A DNA stretch of 61,096 nucleotides, counting the filler, from Sphacelaria rigidula (lineage: Eukaryota), in assembly GCA_964200075.2 (NCBI GenBank). It is 5 parts of 5 records of this genome, joined end to end, with 100 filler letters (N's around TTAATTAATTAA, not from the genome) between each part and the next. Parts side by side here need not be neighbours in the genome. Positions count along the whole stretch, not along the records: positions 24,484 to 36,622 come from CAXNAA020004087.1; positions 36,723 to 48,861 come from CAXNAA020004088.1; 3 more parts are not named here. The stretch is one strand, 5' to 3'. The notes beneath the pieces were generated by a model. It did not search any database and had not been told where the DNA came from. It saw only the letters and a program-made list of their open reading frames with translations. Positions 26,464 through 39,914 of this stretch are shown here, piece by piece (position 1 is the first letter of the stretch; every line of letters begins with the position of its first letter). The translations under genes and the position numbers were made by a program.

Positions 26464-29400
26464 GTGGCGCACAACACTACGATACACAAACATGTTTCGG
26501 TCCAGCGACGGGGGGAAAGGGATGCGAGAGGATAAAAAACCTATAGTTCGAAGCACGGAGGGAAAGAAACACGCGAGCGGTCGAACGATTGAGGATTGAT
26601 GAAAGAATGACAACACCACTTCCGCCACCTCCGACCAAGCTCTTACCTGCAGAGCGTCGTCCAGCGCCGAAGGGCAGTGCACTTGCGCCAGCACGTACCT
26701 GGAAAGATCAAACGGCTCACCGGATCAGGGGCTTTGCAGATTAAGTGTGATGACACTGATTGGCCCTACCCACGTAGTAACTCGTAAATACAAATGGTCT
26801 TATACCCAATGTAGAGCAACATCATGCGCAGACCAGACATACGACGCCGTCTAAAAACACGTCAACGAACCGATACCCTGCTGCCAGCCTGCCAGCCCGC
26901 ATCATCTCCTCTTGCCTGTAACTATCTCCGCCATTTCCTGTATCTGTTCATGTCCATATCTGTCTGCCTGTACCTGTCCCTGACTGGCTATCTGCACGTC
27001 CATCTATCTGCGTGTATGCTCATCTGCCTCTGCCCGTCCATCTGTCTATCGTGTCTGTTTGTGCGCCTCTGTCTGCCTTTACGCTCGTATCTGTCTGCGT
27101 TCATCTGTCTGCGCCTGTCCCGTTCTCTATCTAACTCCCCCTCCTCCCCATCTCCTCCCTCTTCTGTTTTCGAACCTAAGTAGACGGGTGGCACGAGGTG
27201 CGTCTCCTCGACTGAATCCGGTCACATCATAGCGCTGCACAATCTGAGAAAGCCGAAGGGCTCTGGCCGCGTCTTGCAGCTCCCCCTCCAACGGTCCTCC
27301 CCAAGCGAGGGCATCCTGGACATCAAGAGTCAGCAGTACATGTTGACAGCAAAGCAGCATGGTTATCTCGCAGCACTCGCCGGCTGTTTCTACAGGAACC
27401 AGAACTGCGTGGTATCGTAACCTGCTTTTCATTGCATTTTTCGCCGTACTTTTGAACTGTACAGTACCTCCGCTCTCCCTCCTCGGGACGAGTCCATGGA
27501 CCCGAAGGATCAACCCCTTTTCCCCCCCGGTACCCCTCTGCCGTGTGCTGTAGTATCGAGCATTGGATGATAACCATCAGTATCACTGCCGCGCCCCGGT
27601 AATGTAATGGTCCGACTGTCGCTATTAGAGCGGATACAACGAGGGTTCGAGTCCCGATGCGTTGGGTTTTTTCTTCGCAATGTCTGATTTCCACCGTGGA
27701 ACGCGTGAGAACGCGAGAAAACAAAGTAGTCGAGTGGGTTTGTTTGACGTGAGTTGACGCGGTGCGGGAGTGCTGATAGTCATGACCCAATCCGCAAGAC
27801 CAAAATGCAAGGCGGCTACCGGGGGAAAGATGGGTTCATCCCTTGAGACGGCGGACTCGTCCCGAGGACGGGGAGGGGTTCCAAGTGCGACAAATGAACA
27901 AATCAATACATAAAATTAAAAATAACTACTCCCGTAGCCCGTCGGCTTCTATTCACTTTTTCACGCTTAGGACACATCAAGATTTAAACGAGTTTACTCC
28001 TCAGGACATGAATGCGGTCACCCTGTATTCAAGTGTTGGTCCCGCATGCACCCAACGGTGAAGTATATATGCAGTACAGTCATCTCAACCGCATACATAT
28101 TGGAAAAAAAGTACGACCGATGCAAAACCCATGTCATGACAGGATTCGACGATGTGCCGACTCTTCGTCCCGCACGGAGACATACGCATGACATAGATGC
28201 CATTCACGCCTCATGGTGAGTGTGGGTGGCATGTACAACCGATCAATTCCGCATTTTTCTACAGGGGGTCAACATGTGTTCATGACCTACCCCCTATGAC
28301 CTAAAGGGTAGGAAGCAGGTGCCGTTGACGGTGTACTGCACGACACAAGAGCTCAAAATCTGTATGAATTACAAATGATGTATGAACCGAATAATTTATT
28401 CGTCAAAATTACGAACATGAGGGGACTCACGATTTTATTTGTCCTAACCGTGCACTTTTCTGTTGGCTTATGTTCTCCCGCTTTTCACAACGGGATTCAC
28501 CACGGGAACCCGTGAAAAAAAAAAATAATATATATATATATATACTGTCGTTTGATTTTCAAGCCCACTTCTCCGCTGTGCTTGCCTGAAACTAGCAAGG
28601 GATCTAAACCCGGATGTGCACCAAACAGTGCTGTTTCCACCTCGGGTCATGCACAGCACTGCAGGGCATAGCACCATATCACAGGTGGTGGAAACGATAG
28701 AGACGGTCGACCACGACTTTTGACAGACTTTGAGGAATGATGATCGGTTACAACAGAATAGACCTGCATCGATGGAGAGCCAGACGTTTTATATTTTCTG
28801 GTGTTCCTTCATAATTCTGACGTGATCGAACCAAAACCATGTCTATCAACAAATACGGAAACGAGCACTTCTTTTTTTTTCAATGTAAGCAACAGCGTAT
28901 GACAAAGTGCAGTGCGAAACCGTACCACCACAATAACATGGTAACTCACCCAGCCAAGCGCCAAAACTCATAGCAGTGTGTATTATTCATCAACCGTGCT
29001 ACCCCTTCAGCTTATATCCCGTTTTTGGTGTGAACCATGGTGTGATTTACACGGCCTTACTATGATGGTGAGATAAAATAGTGACTTTGATACGCCCCCC
29101 TCTCATTGGCCCGCACACCCCCATCGGCCCACATTCTTCTCTTGGTCCGCGCCTGACCGAAGTGTGAGCTACAGAGCGGTTCCTTGCCTACCTCGCACAC
29201 GGGAAGAACTCGAGGCAGCTATTGTGCCACCTGCTGCATGTACTACAGGTATGGCTGACAGAAGCTTCCCCATTTTGCCCATGTATGATATCTTTCCAGA
29301 AAAGCGAATGCACGTGTGCTTGAATAAAAGGTGAACGTTCAGCACAACACTACGTCCTTGGAGTCTTTCTCCGACCCCCCCCGACCCCCCCCTCCCCTTG

Positions 29401-32400
29401 AGGGCTGGCGTCGGGAGGCAACGACGCTGCCATACACGCCATTCACTCATTGTGTAAACTAGGCCACCAGGTGTACGGGGGGGTTTTCTCGGTCGCCTTT
29501 TTTACTGCAATAACCAGGATGGTGGTCGACCTAGAACATGTTGCGGAGGTAGGAGAACCTCAACTCCGCGCAAAGGGGATGGACATGCTACTTAGAGTTC
29601 AGATGGTGAGACACCCGAGAAGCAGTGTAACCCGTGACCGTCTCTGGAATTGGCGAAACCAGAAAATGAAGCTAGCCATTCGCTGCTGCCATCCATATGC
29701 AAGATACTCCGTACGCTTTATACCGCGCCATCCTAGCAGGATGCAGATCACTGCTCACGCGACTCGCCGAACACATGATGGCGCTTCGCGCTGGGTGATT
29801 GATCGCCAGCCTGATCCAGCGAAAACCCAGGGTACTCCGTCCCGGCTCTGTAGGATACGAAGTCAATGATATTGTGATCACAGCATGCACAATTATGAGT
29901 ATCCCCCCCCCTCCATGCCCTCCCCGCCCCGAGAACACACAATTCTGCATGAACACCAGGTCATACTTACACGACCTCTTCAATGACCCAACCGGGTGAA
30001 AGGCCTAACCTGCATGAGTTCTCGCAGGCCGTCCGAAAATGGGAAGGATGCTGCGTTCGCAAGCGCCAAAACAGCCCTCGAGCGGATTTCTGATTGTCCG
30101 CCCTCCCCAGCCGATATGCAACGAGCCACAGCCACGGCGCGCTGCTCCGTGATTAGACCGCCTGCGCTCGCCCCTGACGTCGTGAGCGCTCCGCCTCGGG
30201 CGCGGGTGCATCTGCCCGATAAAAGAGAGCATGTGTACAGTTGAGGGGGGGGGAGGGGACAGAATGTCGTTTTACGCCCTCTCGAGAAACGTAAGCATTT
30301 GTCGACAAAAAAAATAGCTCGCAGTTCGAACGACTCAATGTGAGGCTTTGTCAAAAGCAATTGCGATGTGTGGATTGATTGCAGCGAAAATCTCAGCGGG
30401 AATAGCTGAGCGAGAGAGGTGCAAGAGCGGACCAAGGACGGAGCGAGTCGGTCACCTTGATTTGCCGCCAGAAGGCTCGTTACTGCAACGGTAGTGCGGA
30501 TTGTTAGATTGATGGGATGGAAAGAAGGGCGTATACCGAGGCATCGGGATAAGAGGGTCCGAAGCAACCGTGTTGGGGGTGTTGATTGCTGAGGAATACA
30601 TGCAACAACCCAGCTCGACAAAAGGCTCAGGGCCATCGTGTTGTGAATGGATTTCAAATAATGCCATGCACCAAGAGCGAAGGGGGGCAGTCACCCTTAC
30701 TGTATCGTGCGGTAAAAATGAAGACTGTCCTCCCGGTGCTGTATCGACGGCCACAACAACCGAAGGAAACTGCGGCCCTCATGATTAACCTTGTTAGAAC
30801 TCATTGACGATTTTTGTTTTCGTGAATCGGCATCATTTCTAGTCATTTTCCAAGTCGAAATGACGCCGATTCACAGTTACAAAAACCGTCAACGGGTTCC
30901 CAAACGGGTTAAATCAGCGGCAACCCCCTCATCACCGAAACGTCCCTTTGACGCTGCGCGCCAAATATACCCTGAAGTTGGCGGCGCGTCAACCGGCAGA
31001 CGCTACTTTAAACGGTGCTACGTTCAACGGTACCGTACTGTAGTACTGCTTGAATGTTCGCGCGCCCGTACGTACTGTAGGAAGGTACACCGTGTGGATC
31101 AATGGATCTAATTGCAAACCCGACAGCGATTGCAAAGTTGAACACATGGAAAGGGATTCAGATACTAAGAGGACAAGAGTCAGGCACAAAAAAACATTTG
31201 GGAAAAAAAGGGGAAAACATACATGGATCAAAACTACACCTTGAACAGTCCATGGCTCAAAGTATATAATACATCTATATATCGTGGAGCCACGTGTGAT
31301 GCAAAGGTTTCGTGGGGATTTTCCACGTAGTCGTTTCGCGCTACCGGGATTTGCGGTGCGGTCCGGTACGATATGGGACGGGACGGGACGATGCGGTACG
31401 GTACTGTCCCTGGGGCTCGAAGTACAAATTCTACGGTAGGTTGGGCATGACGATCTGGAAATACCACGGTGGGGTAGCGCGATCATCTTTACATGTTTTG
31501 ACGGCAACGCGGAAAGTACCCAAACACCGCGATGCACCGCGTTAATAATACCGTGGCCAACGCGCCGAGGAGAACAACCCCTGCAAGCAATCCACAGCAC
31601 GTACAGTACAAGAACACGGCAAAAAAAAAAAAATGAAACCCGAGCGAAGGGATGGAGAGGCGGAAAGAGGTTCACCAAGGAGCGCTTCTGCAAAGGATCA
31701 AGATTGCGTGGCTGTAGGACTGTGGCCCAATATGCACTCACTGTTTCTCTAGATTGACATCGATAGCATCTGTCGAAATGTGCGATACGAGCACGTCGTA
31801 TTCAGTAGAGTGTTGGCGTGAAATCCTGAAAATAATTGATCCCAAGAGTCCCGTAACTGCCGCTTGAATAGAAGAGTGAGTTTCATATCCGAGTAAAACA
31901 AAACGGAACCCCCGATAGCATGAGATATTGGGCGAAAAGGAAGTTGAAACCTTTTCGGGTTCACATCGCAACGGAACATAACGTGGTTGCTCCCACCATC
32001 CCCAAAGGCCAAAGGCAGACATGCTCTTCGACACATGGGAGCCACCAGCTGTTGCATTAGCAGCCGGCCTCACCGAGCATTGACGGAGATATTGTGGCAT
32101 GGTAATGAATCGATGCAGCTGCTGTTTTTGGGTCATGTTCTGCGGTGTAGCGCATGGTCAGTCGATTGCGTCGGCGAAGCTCAAGACGTGAAGCAAGAAA
32201 CACTTGGGAAGCAGCATGCAGTACCATACGTGGAGCACTTTTTCTGTGTGAAGTCGTCTCCGCGCAGATACGCAAAAAATCGAGACGTTCCATGTGACCG
32301 GCTGGCTACACGAATCTTTTTACCGTATCCAATTTCTCAACCTGGTTCGGAGATGGTTACATTAGACTATCGTTACCGTTGATATTCAAAGGAGCGAAAC

Positions 32401-35400
32401 CGAGACTCATACCCAGCTCAGATATGGGCATGTGAGATTTCTTGCCGAACAGCTGAGGATCGTGCGTGCTTTGCGATGTTATGAGTGCTTCCTTCCGCGT
32501 CGACGCGATCGGCTGTTTCCGAGTTTGAGATATTGAAATATCAGCGTGACATCCGCTGACGGTAACTCTCTCCGACGTAACGCCATAATAAGACCCTTTC
32601 GTTTCGGATCAGTATTCTCGAGCAACAAAATTTCAAGGGTGTTTTGAGTAGGGTAAATACCCGGGTATTTACTCTCCCGAATTTTGTGCTGCGATGGTCC
32701 CATCTCCAACCTCTACCCAAATACAGGGTAGAGTTAGATACGATCGAACCAAGTATTGGGTACTTGTACAGCTAGGTACGAACGCATTATTCTACAGTCC
32801 CCAATATCTGATTATTGTAGAGTACGACCTCAATACTCTACTTGGACTTTAAGTACTTTAGAGTACGACTTTTCCAAATACTCAAATGTAGAAAATACCT
32901 TGCCCAAACACACTCTTGGTTTTTCTTCTTTTGAAATACCTTTCTTCTGCCGTGGGTCGAACTTCATCTCATCAACTGTATATCTCCCGTCATCAAAGCA
33001 CGAAGATCGTAGAGTTGGAGTCTTGAATAAACATCTTTACAATTTGACCGGATCACAAAAGTTCTAAGGCCACACGCACTCCACCCGTTTCGGCCAAACA
33101 ACACATATTTTCTTTCCTTCTTCATTGCCGGTTGTTTGTGATGCGATGCCATTCAGATGACCCAAGCACATCGTAACGCCTTATGCGCTGTGCCTCTAAC
33201 CCCAACGGTACTTGTCGGAGCAAATGTATGAGCGATTGAGACAGTACGTCGAACCCACCCGCGTGACCTTCTCCCCCCCCCGGACACAACACCGCTGTGA
33301 GCGGCTGACAGAGGAACCACCAGAAAAGAGAGACAGTCAGACAGTCAAGACGGTGTAGTCGTAGAGTAGATTGCCCCGTAGTACCTTCTCCACGACTTTC
33401 CACGCCAACATCTGAGTCTACAAACTGCCGACAGTGCAACAGCTTTAGTGCGCAGCCGTAACTTAACGATTTTCATCGGCAGACATCAAGTAAGGTGAAA
33501 CTCCGCGTACATCTTCAAATATTTGGCAGCATGGCATACTATGATATTTGAACACACAGGAAGCACGCACACGGCAAATGTGATTTCACTCGTGCAAAAG
33601 GTTTCCCTTGCGGTCGAAACAGTGCACGCGGGACCGGATCATATCCGATGCACACTTTTAAAGCCTGTGTGTGTAGTAATACGAATACTGTCACCACGCG
33701 CATGGCAGCAGTGAAAGTGGGAGAGACAGAGATAGAGAGAAATTCGTTCAGTATGACGCGTTAACGGCAGCTCCTCACATGTCTGGGATGTTACCTGGTG
33801 TCTTTCCCCAGGCCCATGTTCTTGATTATGTTCAAACATGGTCATCGGAGAACGTTACTCGCTTTGCAGATGATCGTGTGAGGTTTTCACGCTTGTCGTC
33901 CGCCTCGAAAATGGCCATGCGAGACTTGCGCCCCCTCGAGAGATGGCCATATGACACTTTCACATTTTGCCCTCTGGTCCAAGCACGGCTATTTTCAATA
34001 ACTCGTGTCTGGTTCGGAGATCGTCATGTGAGAGCTTGTCCTACGCGTGAGAAAATGCCTCGTTATGAAAATATCAGGTTCACAAATCCCTCAAAAAGTG
34101 TAACGCACTCTTGGAGAAGGCAAAAACAACAAGTACTTCGATGAACTAGATACCCTCCCGCATAAACAATTGAAGACGTTGGACATCGTTTTTCGATGAG
34201 ACACACACGCACTCGCTCACGGGCATCGACTGCAAGGCGCCATGCTCATGTTTTACAACTCTACTGGTGAGCCAAGCAAATATCATGGGGATGATGTTCC
34301 AACAGTCCACCAGGTACTTTTGCTCTGGAGGTGGTCAAGTAAGGTGTAATATTTTCCCTACATACCTTCAAAATCTTTTTCCAATTCCTCACCAGTGTTC
34401 GCGGAGCACAGAGCTCGCCCTATTTTACTCTCCTCACACCGGCCGCCACACCGTTTGTACACATACAACAACGTTTTCGTGAGATCGAGAGTAGCGCGCG
34501 GATTGAGAGTGGCTTCGATCGTTCGATTCAACTTTGCCGATCTTTCATTCCGTGCGTGCTCTTCTTTGTCTCTATCGCTGCCGTGTGCTTACAGCTACAC
34601 GTGGATATCCTACCCAGGGATATCAAGCGCCTTAGTGGCAAGCTACTACAGGAAGAATAGTGGGTCTCGTGGAGGGGCATTTCAGGACTGAAACGGTTCA
34701 TTCACTGATCGACCGCTTTTCACTCTCAACCTCACGAGAACATTGTCACACTTCATTTTGACGCTGTGGCGTTACGTAGCACATTGCGTGCACGAGGGAA
34801 TTCCCACAAGCGCTTCGCAGTGTACGACCCCCTGCCTGCCAACCGTTTGCTCGCACCGACAACCATCACATACCCGTCCGTCACTCTCACATTAATAGGT
34901 AGTCCAAAAGCACCGAGTCGGGATCCAAACCATAGCGTTTCGCCATCGGCACGACGTGATGGGTCATTTCCCTAGGCAGACACTCCAAGCTCTTCATGGA
35001 CAACAATAGCAGCAACAACAGCAAAAGCAACATCAGAATACTCAGCAACGACATTGAGCTGCGAAACCATTACTTTCAAGTGTATGCAAACGGGTGAACG
35101 AGGGTAGGCAGCCACATAACAGCATACATACCGTGGGTTGATATACGGAGGATATCACTCGGGGTGATTACCAGTCTGGCCTCAACCTTGTCTATACACA
35201 CGACCCCGCGCGATGCGATGGCATTCCGTTGGTCGAAAGTCCTCAACTCGACATATTCCGTGCGACACAGCTCTTGCCGGCGGCGTATGCCCGGGGCAAT
35301 ACATTCGGCAGATCAACTACGAACTTCGATGGGCATCCACTACAGCGCAGACGCTTTGTACCGATGCGTGAACAGCCGTTATTGATCATTCGACTGCCAA

Positions 35401-36213
35401 ACTTTATGGGGAAATATATATATATATATATATATGTGTGTTCGTGTGTATACGCAGGACCAACTTTTGTACATAGTGCAACAATCAAGTCACGACCAAG
35501 ATCGCAGTTGACCTACAAAAAGGGTCTGCAAAAACATTGAAAAAAAAAAAGAAAGGCGCTTTCTCCGCCCGTTGAAGGAGGGTCGGCAACCACAGGGATC
35601 AGAATACAGGTGTTGAAAAAGTTTCAAGTTTCACGCGCGCACCTGTACCCTATCCAGTACCCGGAACAGGATCAGGTCCCTGGGAAGGCTCTCAAACTTG
35701 GACAGCGGTAAACGGAGACCGTGGTAGTTCCAAGCGTGCACAAGGTCGCCTGCAGACCAAAAGAAAAAAAACGAGAAACAGCAACAAAATGTTAATTTCG
35801 ACCAAAATACCACAATAAAAGAACCTACCTGGGAATCACGCAGCGAAAACTGTCGACACACAACAACACTCCCCCCCCTGTCCCCCTCCCCCCAACGAAA
35901 AAGCAATAGCATGACACAATTTCGCGTGTTTTCCAATACCTAGAGTTCTTTCCAGGGCGTCCAGCCCGTCCCTTCTCCACGCCTTCCAGTGCATGGCATC
36001 ACCCCCATCTCCGGGTCTCCCAGCTACTCCCCCATCGTTGTCTGCAGCCCCCCGCCCCACTCCGGCCGGGCGGTGACCCAACAACAATCCCGCCGCCGAT
36101 CCCAGAACCCTCGACGAGCCGTCGGCGACTGCGCGAGCGAAGGCGAGAGCGCCGTGCGGGCGTTTTTGCACCGCCTCGAGATCTCGCGCATACTGCTGGG
36201 CCCAATCGCGGAT
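26148..36213 (-). CDS. KNTC1: Kinetochore protein ROD/KNTC1, internal part; exons 36213-35940, 35749-35643, 34991-34891, (30482-30456), 30211-30010, 27315-27176, 26698-26647, 26262-26148
   Basis: All junction phases are compatible. WAQQYARDLE, YHGLRLPLSKFESLPRDLILFRVLDRV, DSVLLDYL, EQRAVAVARCIS and RLLRYVLAQ..SALDDALQVAKAY are collinear with recalled human KNTC1 segments (WLEQAARNLE, YNCKLALSDFEK..IVFRMFDKV, EAKAMAVIACLS, RYILKQD..SLEDALKVAQAF). Confidence 0.8.
26307..26463. repeat. (GT)n and (AAC)n microsatellites in a KNTC1 intron
   Basis: (GT) run at 26307-26343; (AAC) run at 26410-26463. Confidence 0.95.
27588..27925 (+). mobile_element. tRNA-derived SINE family B
   Basis: Degenerate A box (taatgtaatgg), B box ggttcgagtcc at 27644, body shared with 17833-18068, A-rich tail. 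Confidence 0.75.
29435..29930 (+). repeat. Dispersed repeat family A copy in a KNTC1 intron
   Basis: Collinear with 10975-11450 and 1-90; ends atgagta + C-run. Confidence 0.75.
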
Positions 36214-36419
36214 CTTTCGGTCGGGAGGAAGCGAAACGAAACGAACAACAAGAAAAGGTAGACGGAGTAGCTAAGCACCACAGAAAAACAAGGAAGGAGG
36301 AGTAAAAATCAAACACAGCAAGTCGGGCTGTTGCTTCTCGACCGCCCTTGACTGCTCGGTCCAATCGCAAATCTTTGGGAAGAAACAGAGAAAACTCTAG
36401 ATAAAGAGATGGAAAGTGG

Positions 36420-36520
36420 GGGGAGGGGGGGGGGGGAGGCGTGCTCATTTGTTGCTTGCCTTAGTCGTTTGAACATTGACCACGCATCCCTCACGAGATG
36501 GAGAACTTTTTCTCGAATAT
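36420..36520 (-). mobile_element. Short 3'-terminal fragment of the contig-4 LINE family
   Basis: Reverse complement ggatgcgtggtcaat.ttcaa..gact.aggcaag.aacaaat matches 48545-48588. Confidence 0.7.
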
Positions 36521-36622
36521 GGAAAGGGGGCGGGGGGGGGGGGGGGGGAATCATTTGTTGTTTCCCCTACGTGTTTTCACCTTAAGCACGCAACCCCTTT
36601 GGACCGAAGCCACCTGCCGGGG

Positions 36623-36722
36623 NNNNNNNNNNNNNNNNNNNNNNNNNNNNNNNNNNNNNNNNNNNNTTAATTAATTAANNNNNNNNNNNNNNNNNNNNNN
36701 NNNNNNNNNNNNNNNNNNNNNN
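36623..36722. other. Artificial 100-bp contig linker
   Basis: N44-TTAATTAATTAA-N44. Confidence 0.98.
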
Positions 36723-36829
36723 AGATACTTTCGCTCTGTGTTACGCTTTCGTATCTTCCCTGCAATGGAGAAATGGGACGTCAACCTCATTTTATGTTTC
36801 AACGCCAAAAATTAGGATCGGCTGTTATT

Positions 36830-37694
36830 AAGAGATGTATCCTGCAGGATAATAAGTATAGGAGGGAAACGTGGAGTTGGTGAAGAAGTTGGAAACAGTA
36901 CAGGTGGCAGCAGCCAAGAAAACACTTGGATACTCAAAAACAACGAGTAATACAGCATTGAGAGCAGACTTGGGAATGTACTCACTTGAAACAAACAGAG
37001 ACATTGAGAAGTTGAGGTTGCAATATAGCTTAAAGAACACGCAGAGAAAGAGATTGCCAGCTATAGATGATGGGGCTGTATCGAAGAAAAGTACGAAAGG
37101 GAAGGCTGGAGTAAAGTGGGAAAAAATAAGTGGAGAAAATATGAAAGGAGATAGGAGGATACCAAGACGAAGTACTGTCCATAGATGAAGGTGCGGGGTA
37201 CAAGATATATGATAAAGCTAAGGAAAAAAGGAGCGCTCAGACTCAAAATAGACGAGGAAGAACACCTGGAGATATACGGAGGGTTAAGAGAGGGGATATG
37301 GATGAGAACATATTTGCATGGCGCAATGGACGCGTCGAAAAATCTAAAACTACGATTTCGGGTGGGGGGCCTGGACCTGCCAGAAAGAAGAAAGAGATAT
37401 ACCAGTAGTAGTCGAATGGAGGAGGAAGTAGATGGACAGAATTGCCCCTGTGGCAAAGCAATAGAGAGCAAAAGTCATATGGTGGCAGAATGTGAACTAT
37501 ATTCTACAAGGAGGAACGGGACGTGCTAGAGGGGGAAATGCGGGACGTGAACGAAGGTGGCATTAAATCGTTTGATGCATTAGACAGTAGGGAGAAAACG
37601 ATGGCTATACTAGGAGATAGATGGTGGCCACAGACGGCGAAACGGGATGGGGATAAGATATGTAAAGGGTTTTTGTGTAATGTATGGAAGAAAC
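36830..37694 (+). mobile_element. Non-LTR retrotransposon (LINE) 3' coding region, left part; interrupted by the Gypsy element
   Basis: KLETVQVAAAKKTLG..TSNTALRADLGMYSL and LKLRFRVG..CPCGKAIESKSHMVAEC (C-terminal CCHC finger of LINE ORF2); frameshifted. Confidence 0.85.
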
Positions 37695-39914
37695 TATAGT
37701 CTCTGTCAGACGATCTGGACAAGAGGACTATCCACGAGGGACTCCTCCAGTAACACTGGCCTCGTGCTCGACAAGCCCTTTCTTCTCACTTGTTATTATC
37801 ACGGAGTGATCCTCTACAGACCACACCAAGAGCTAAACAGCAAGGGACCACACAGATAAGGGTAATCAATCCAGGATTCACTACCCCCTGCTACTGCTCC
37901 ATTCATGCATGCGATTATACTGAAACTTTAATCAACCGCTCTGATGCGGGGGTCATTGTCCACACAGCTCAAGTGCGTGCACAGCGGTCAGCACCTTCGT
38001 TCAGGTAGATGGCAGTAGTCTAGACAGGTCTAGAACACGTTTCGATTATTTCTCTTCACCCTGTTTACTCCTTCAGACTCCACTCAACCTCATTCAGTCA
38101 CACAATAACACACGTTCGATCTCTCCCACTCAATACCACACACACGGACTCACCACATACACTTGTGTAAACCCCCAGAGCAAGGCAGACAGATGGCACC
38201 CAGAACCAAGACTGACTGACCGACGTGGGCGATGCCTAGCTCGTTTGTCTGCGCGTGAAGTATATTGTACTGGCATAACCTACGTCATTAGACATTATCC
38301 CTCTGACTGGTTACCCAACCCTCCGCAATCGCAACATTGTTGATGCCACTTGTGCCCGCGCTATATCCTGCATCAATCTTGTTCATGACAGAGCGTGAGC
38401 ATATTCAATTAGCCCCCCTGTTCACGGCTCAGTCATGACTTGAAAACCTATACCATTGAAATCGGAATGGAAAAATAATAACCCGACACAAAAACGAAAA
38501 TATCTCAAGCCATGCTCAAACTCCACAAACTCCACAAATATAGAGTATACAGCAAAAAGCACAACTTACCTAGAAAATAGTACCTCCAATATTTCATGCC
38601 CCCCAAAACCTATATCACTCTCCCCTTCGCGGGGATTTATTCCATGCAAAAAGGGTTCATCCCATCAAATGCCCCCCGCCACCCATGCTTTCGTGGCCAT
38701 AGCGCTTCTTTCAACACATTTGCACTCTTTCCACAAATTGAAGGCAGAAAAAGAAATAAATCAAGCTATGTTGGCATCTCGGTGATACTAGAAACTGAGG
38801 TTTATCCGATCAAACTCGAACGGAACTATGATCGAACATACTATACAGCTCAAAAGGATCTGGCCGAGGTTTACACGTAAAATAATAGTCTTGAGCCTGA
38901 ATGTTCAAACATTCTAGACCTACGCCAGTTTTTTTACGCAAAATGATGCTCAACAAATCCTAAAATGCCCATTGAAGCATGCCAATCATCAACTACTGCA
39001 AGTCTGATGTCCTATCAAATAAATCACCATTGCCAGGTAGTAGTCGCATAAATGCATCCTCATTCATAACCGATACGTGTCAAACCTCGAACAAAACTCA
39101 TGCAAAGTATAAACCTACTGATAAGCTGGAGATAACAATAAATATATATTTCCGACTTCTGCGTTTCTCCTCCGGTCAAAAGCCTCGAATCCATCTTCGC
39201 GCTCCATTCCAGTAAATATTCTTCTCCGTATTTCCATGCCATTTTCGTGCCCCCCTACTTCCTTGCCCCCCCCGCTTCCTTGGCTGTCCGTACTCAACCA
39301 CATGGGGATCCCTACGCGCCCCCCTTCTCAATAAGACCGGCATCGTGCCATGCGTAAAACGATTTTTGCTGATAGAGTCGGTGGTAGCGGCAGCGGCAGC
39401 GGTTGTCGTTAACTTGTTGGCGATGTTGTTGGCAGAGGAGGTGGGAGTGGCGGCGACTGCGGTGTTGTCGGCGATGATAAAGGAACTGGAAATGCAGATG
39501 GTTGTCACGTGTGGCGCAACCGCGGGGCTGTTGGAGCGGGAATCAACCGCAAGGCTGTAGGAACAGGAGTAGGAAGTGTAGCTTTGGTGGTAGGTGGTAA
39601 CGGTGGTGATGCGGCAACGGGGAAGGGTGACGATAATGTCCGTATATACCGGCGGCGTTGGCGACGCGATCAATGTTGCTTCCCCCGCCCCCCGCCGTCG
39701 AGCGATGCCGCTGTGGGAAATTGCTGACGAGTCACCTTCCACGCGACGCTGTTGGTGATGCCCATTTTACGTTGTGGTTGGACGTCCGTTAAGATTCGTC
39801 GGTTGGGTGCCAGTGTCATGTACCTTCTCTCCCCCTCACTCAAGTCCCAAACACTTGAAAAGCGAGTACCAGCATATTTGCGGAAATCTCGGTCGACACT
39901 CACAGCCCGGGGGG

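Noticed and set aside
32072..32139. Additional KNTC1 exon (ctgac..cag acceptor, gtgagg donor)
   Set aside because: The required phase gives an immediate TGA
35643..35749. F-box motif (LPRDLILFRVLD)
   Set aside because: Better explained as part of the collinear KNTC1 match with in-phase neighbouring exons
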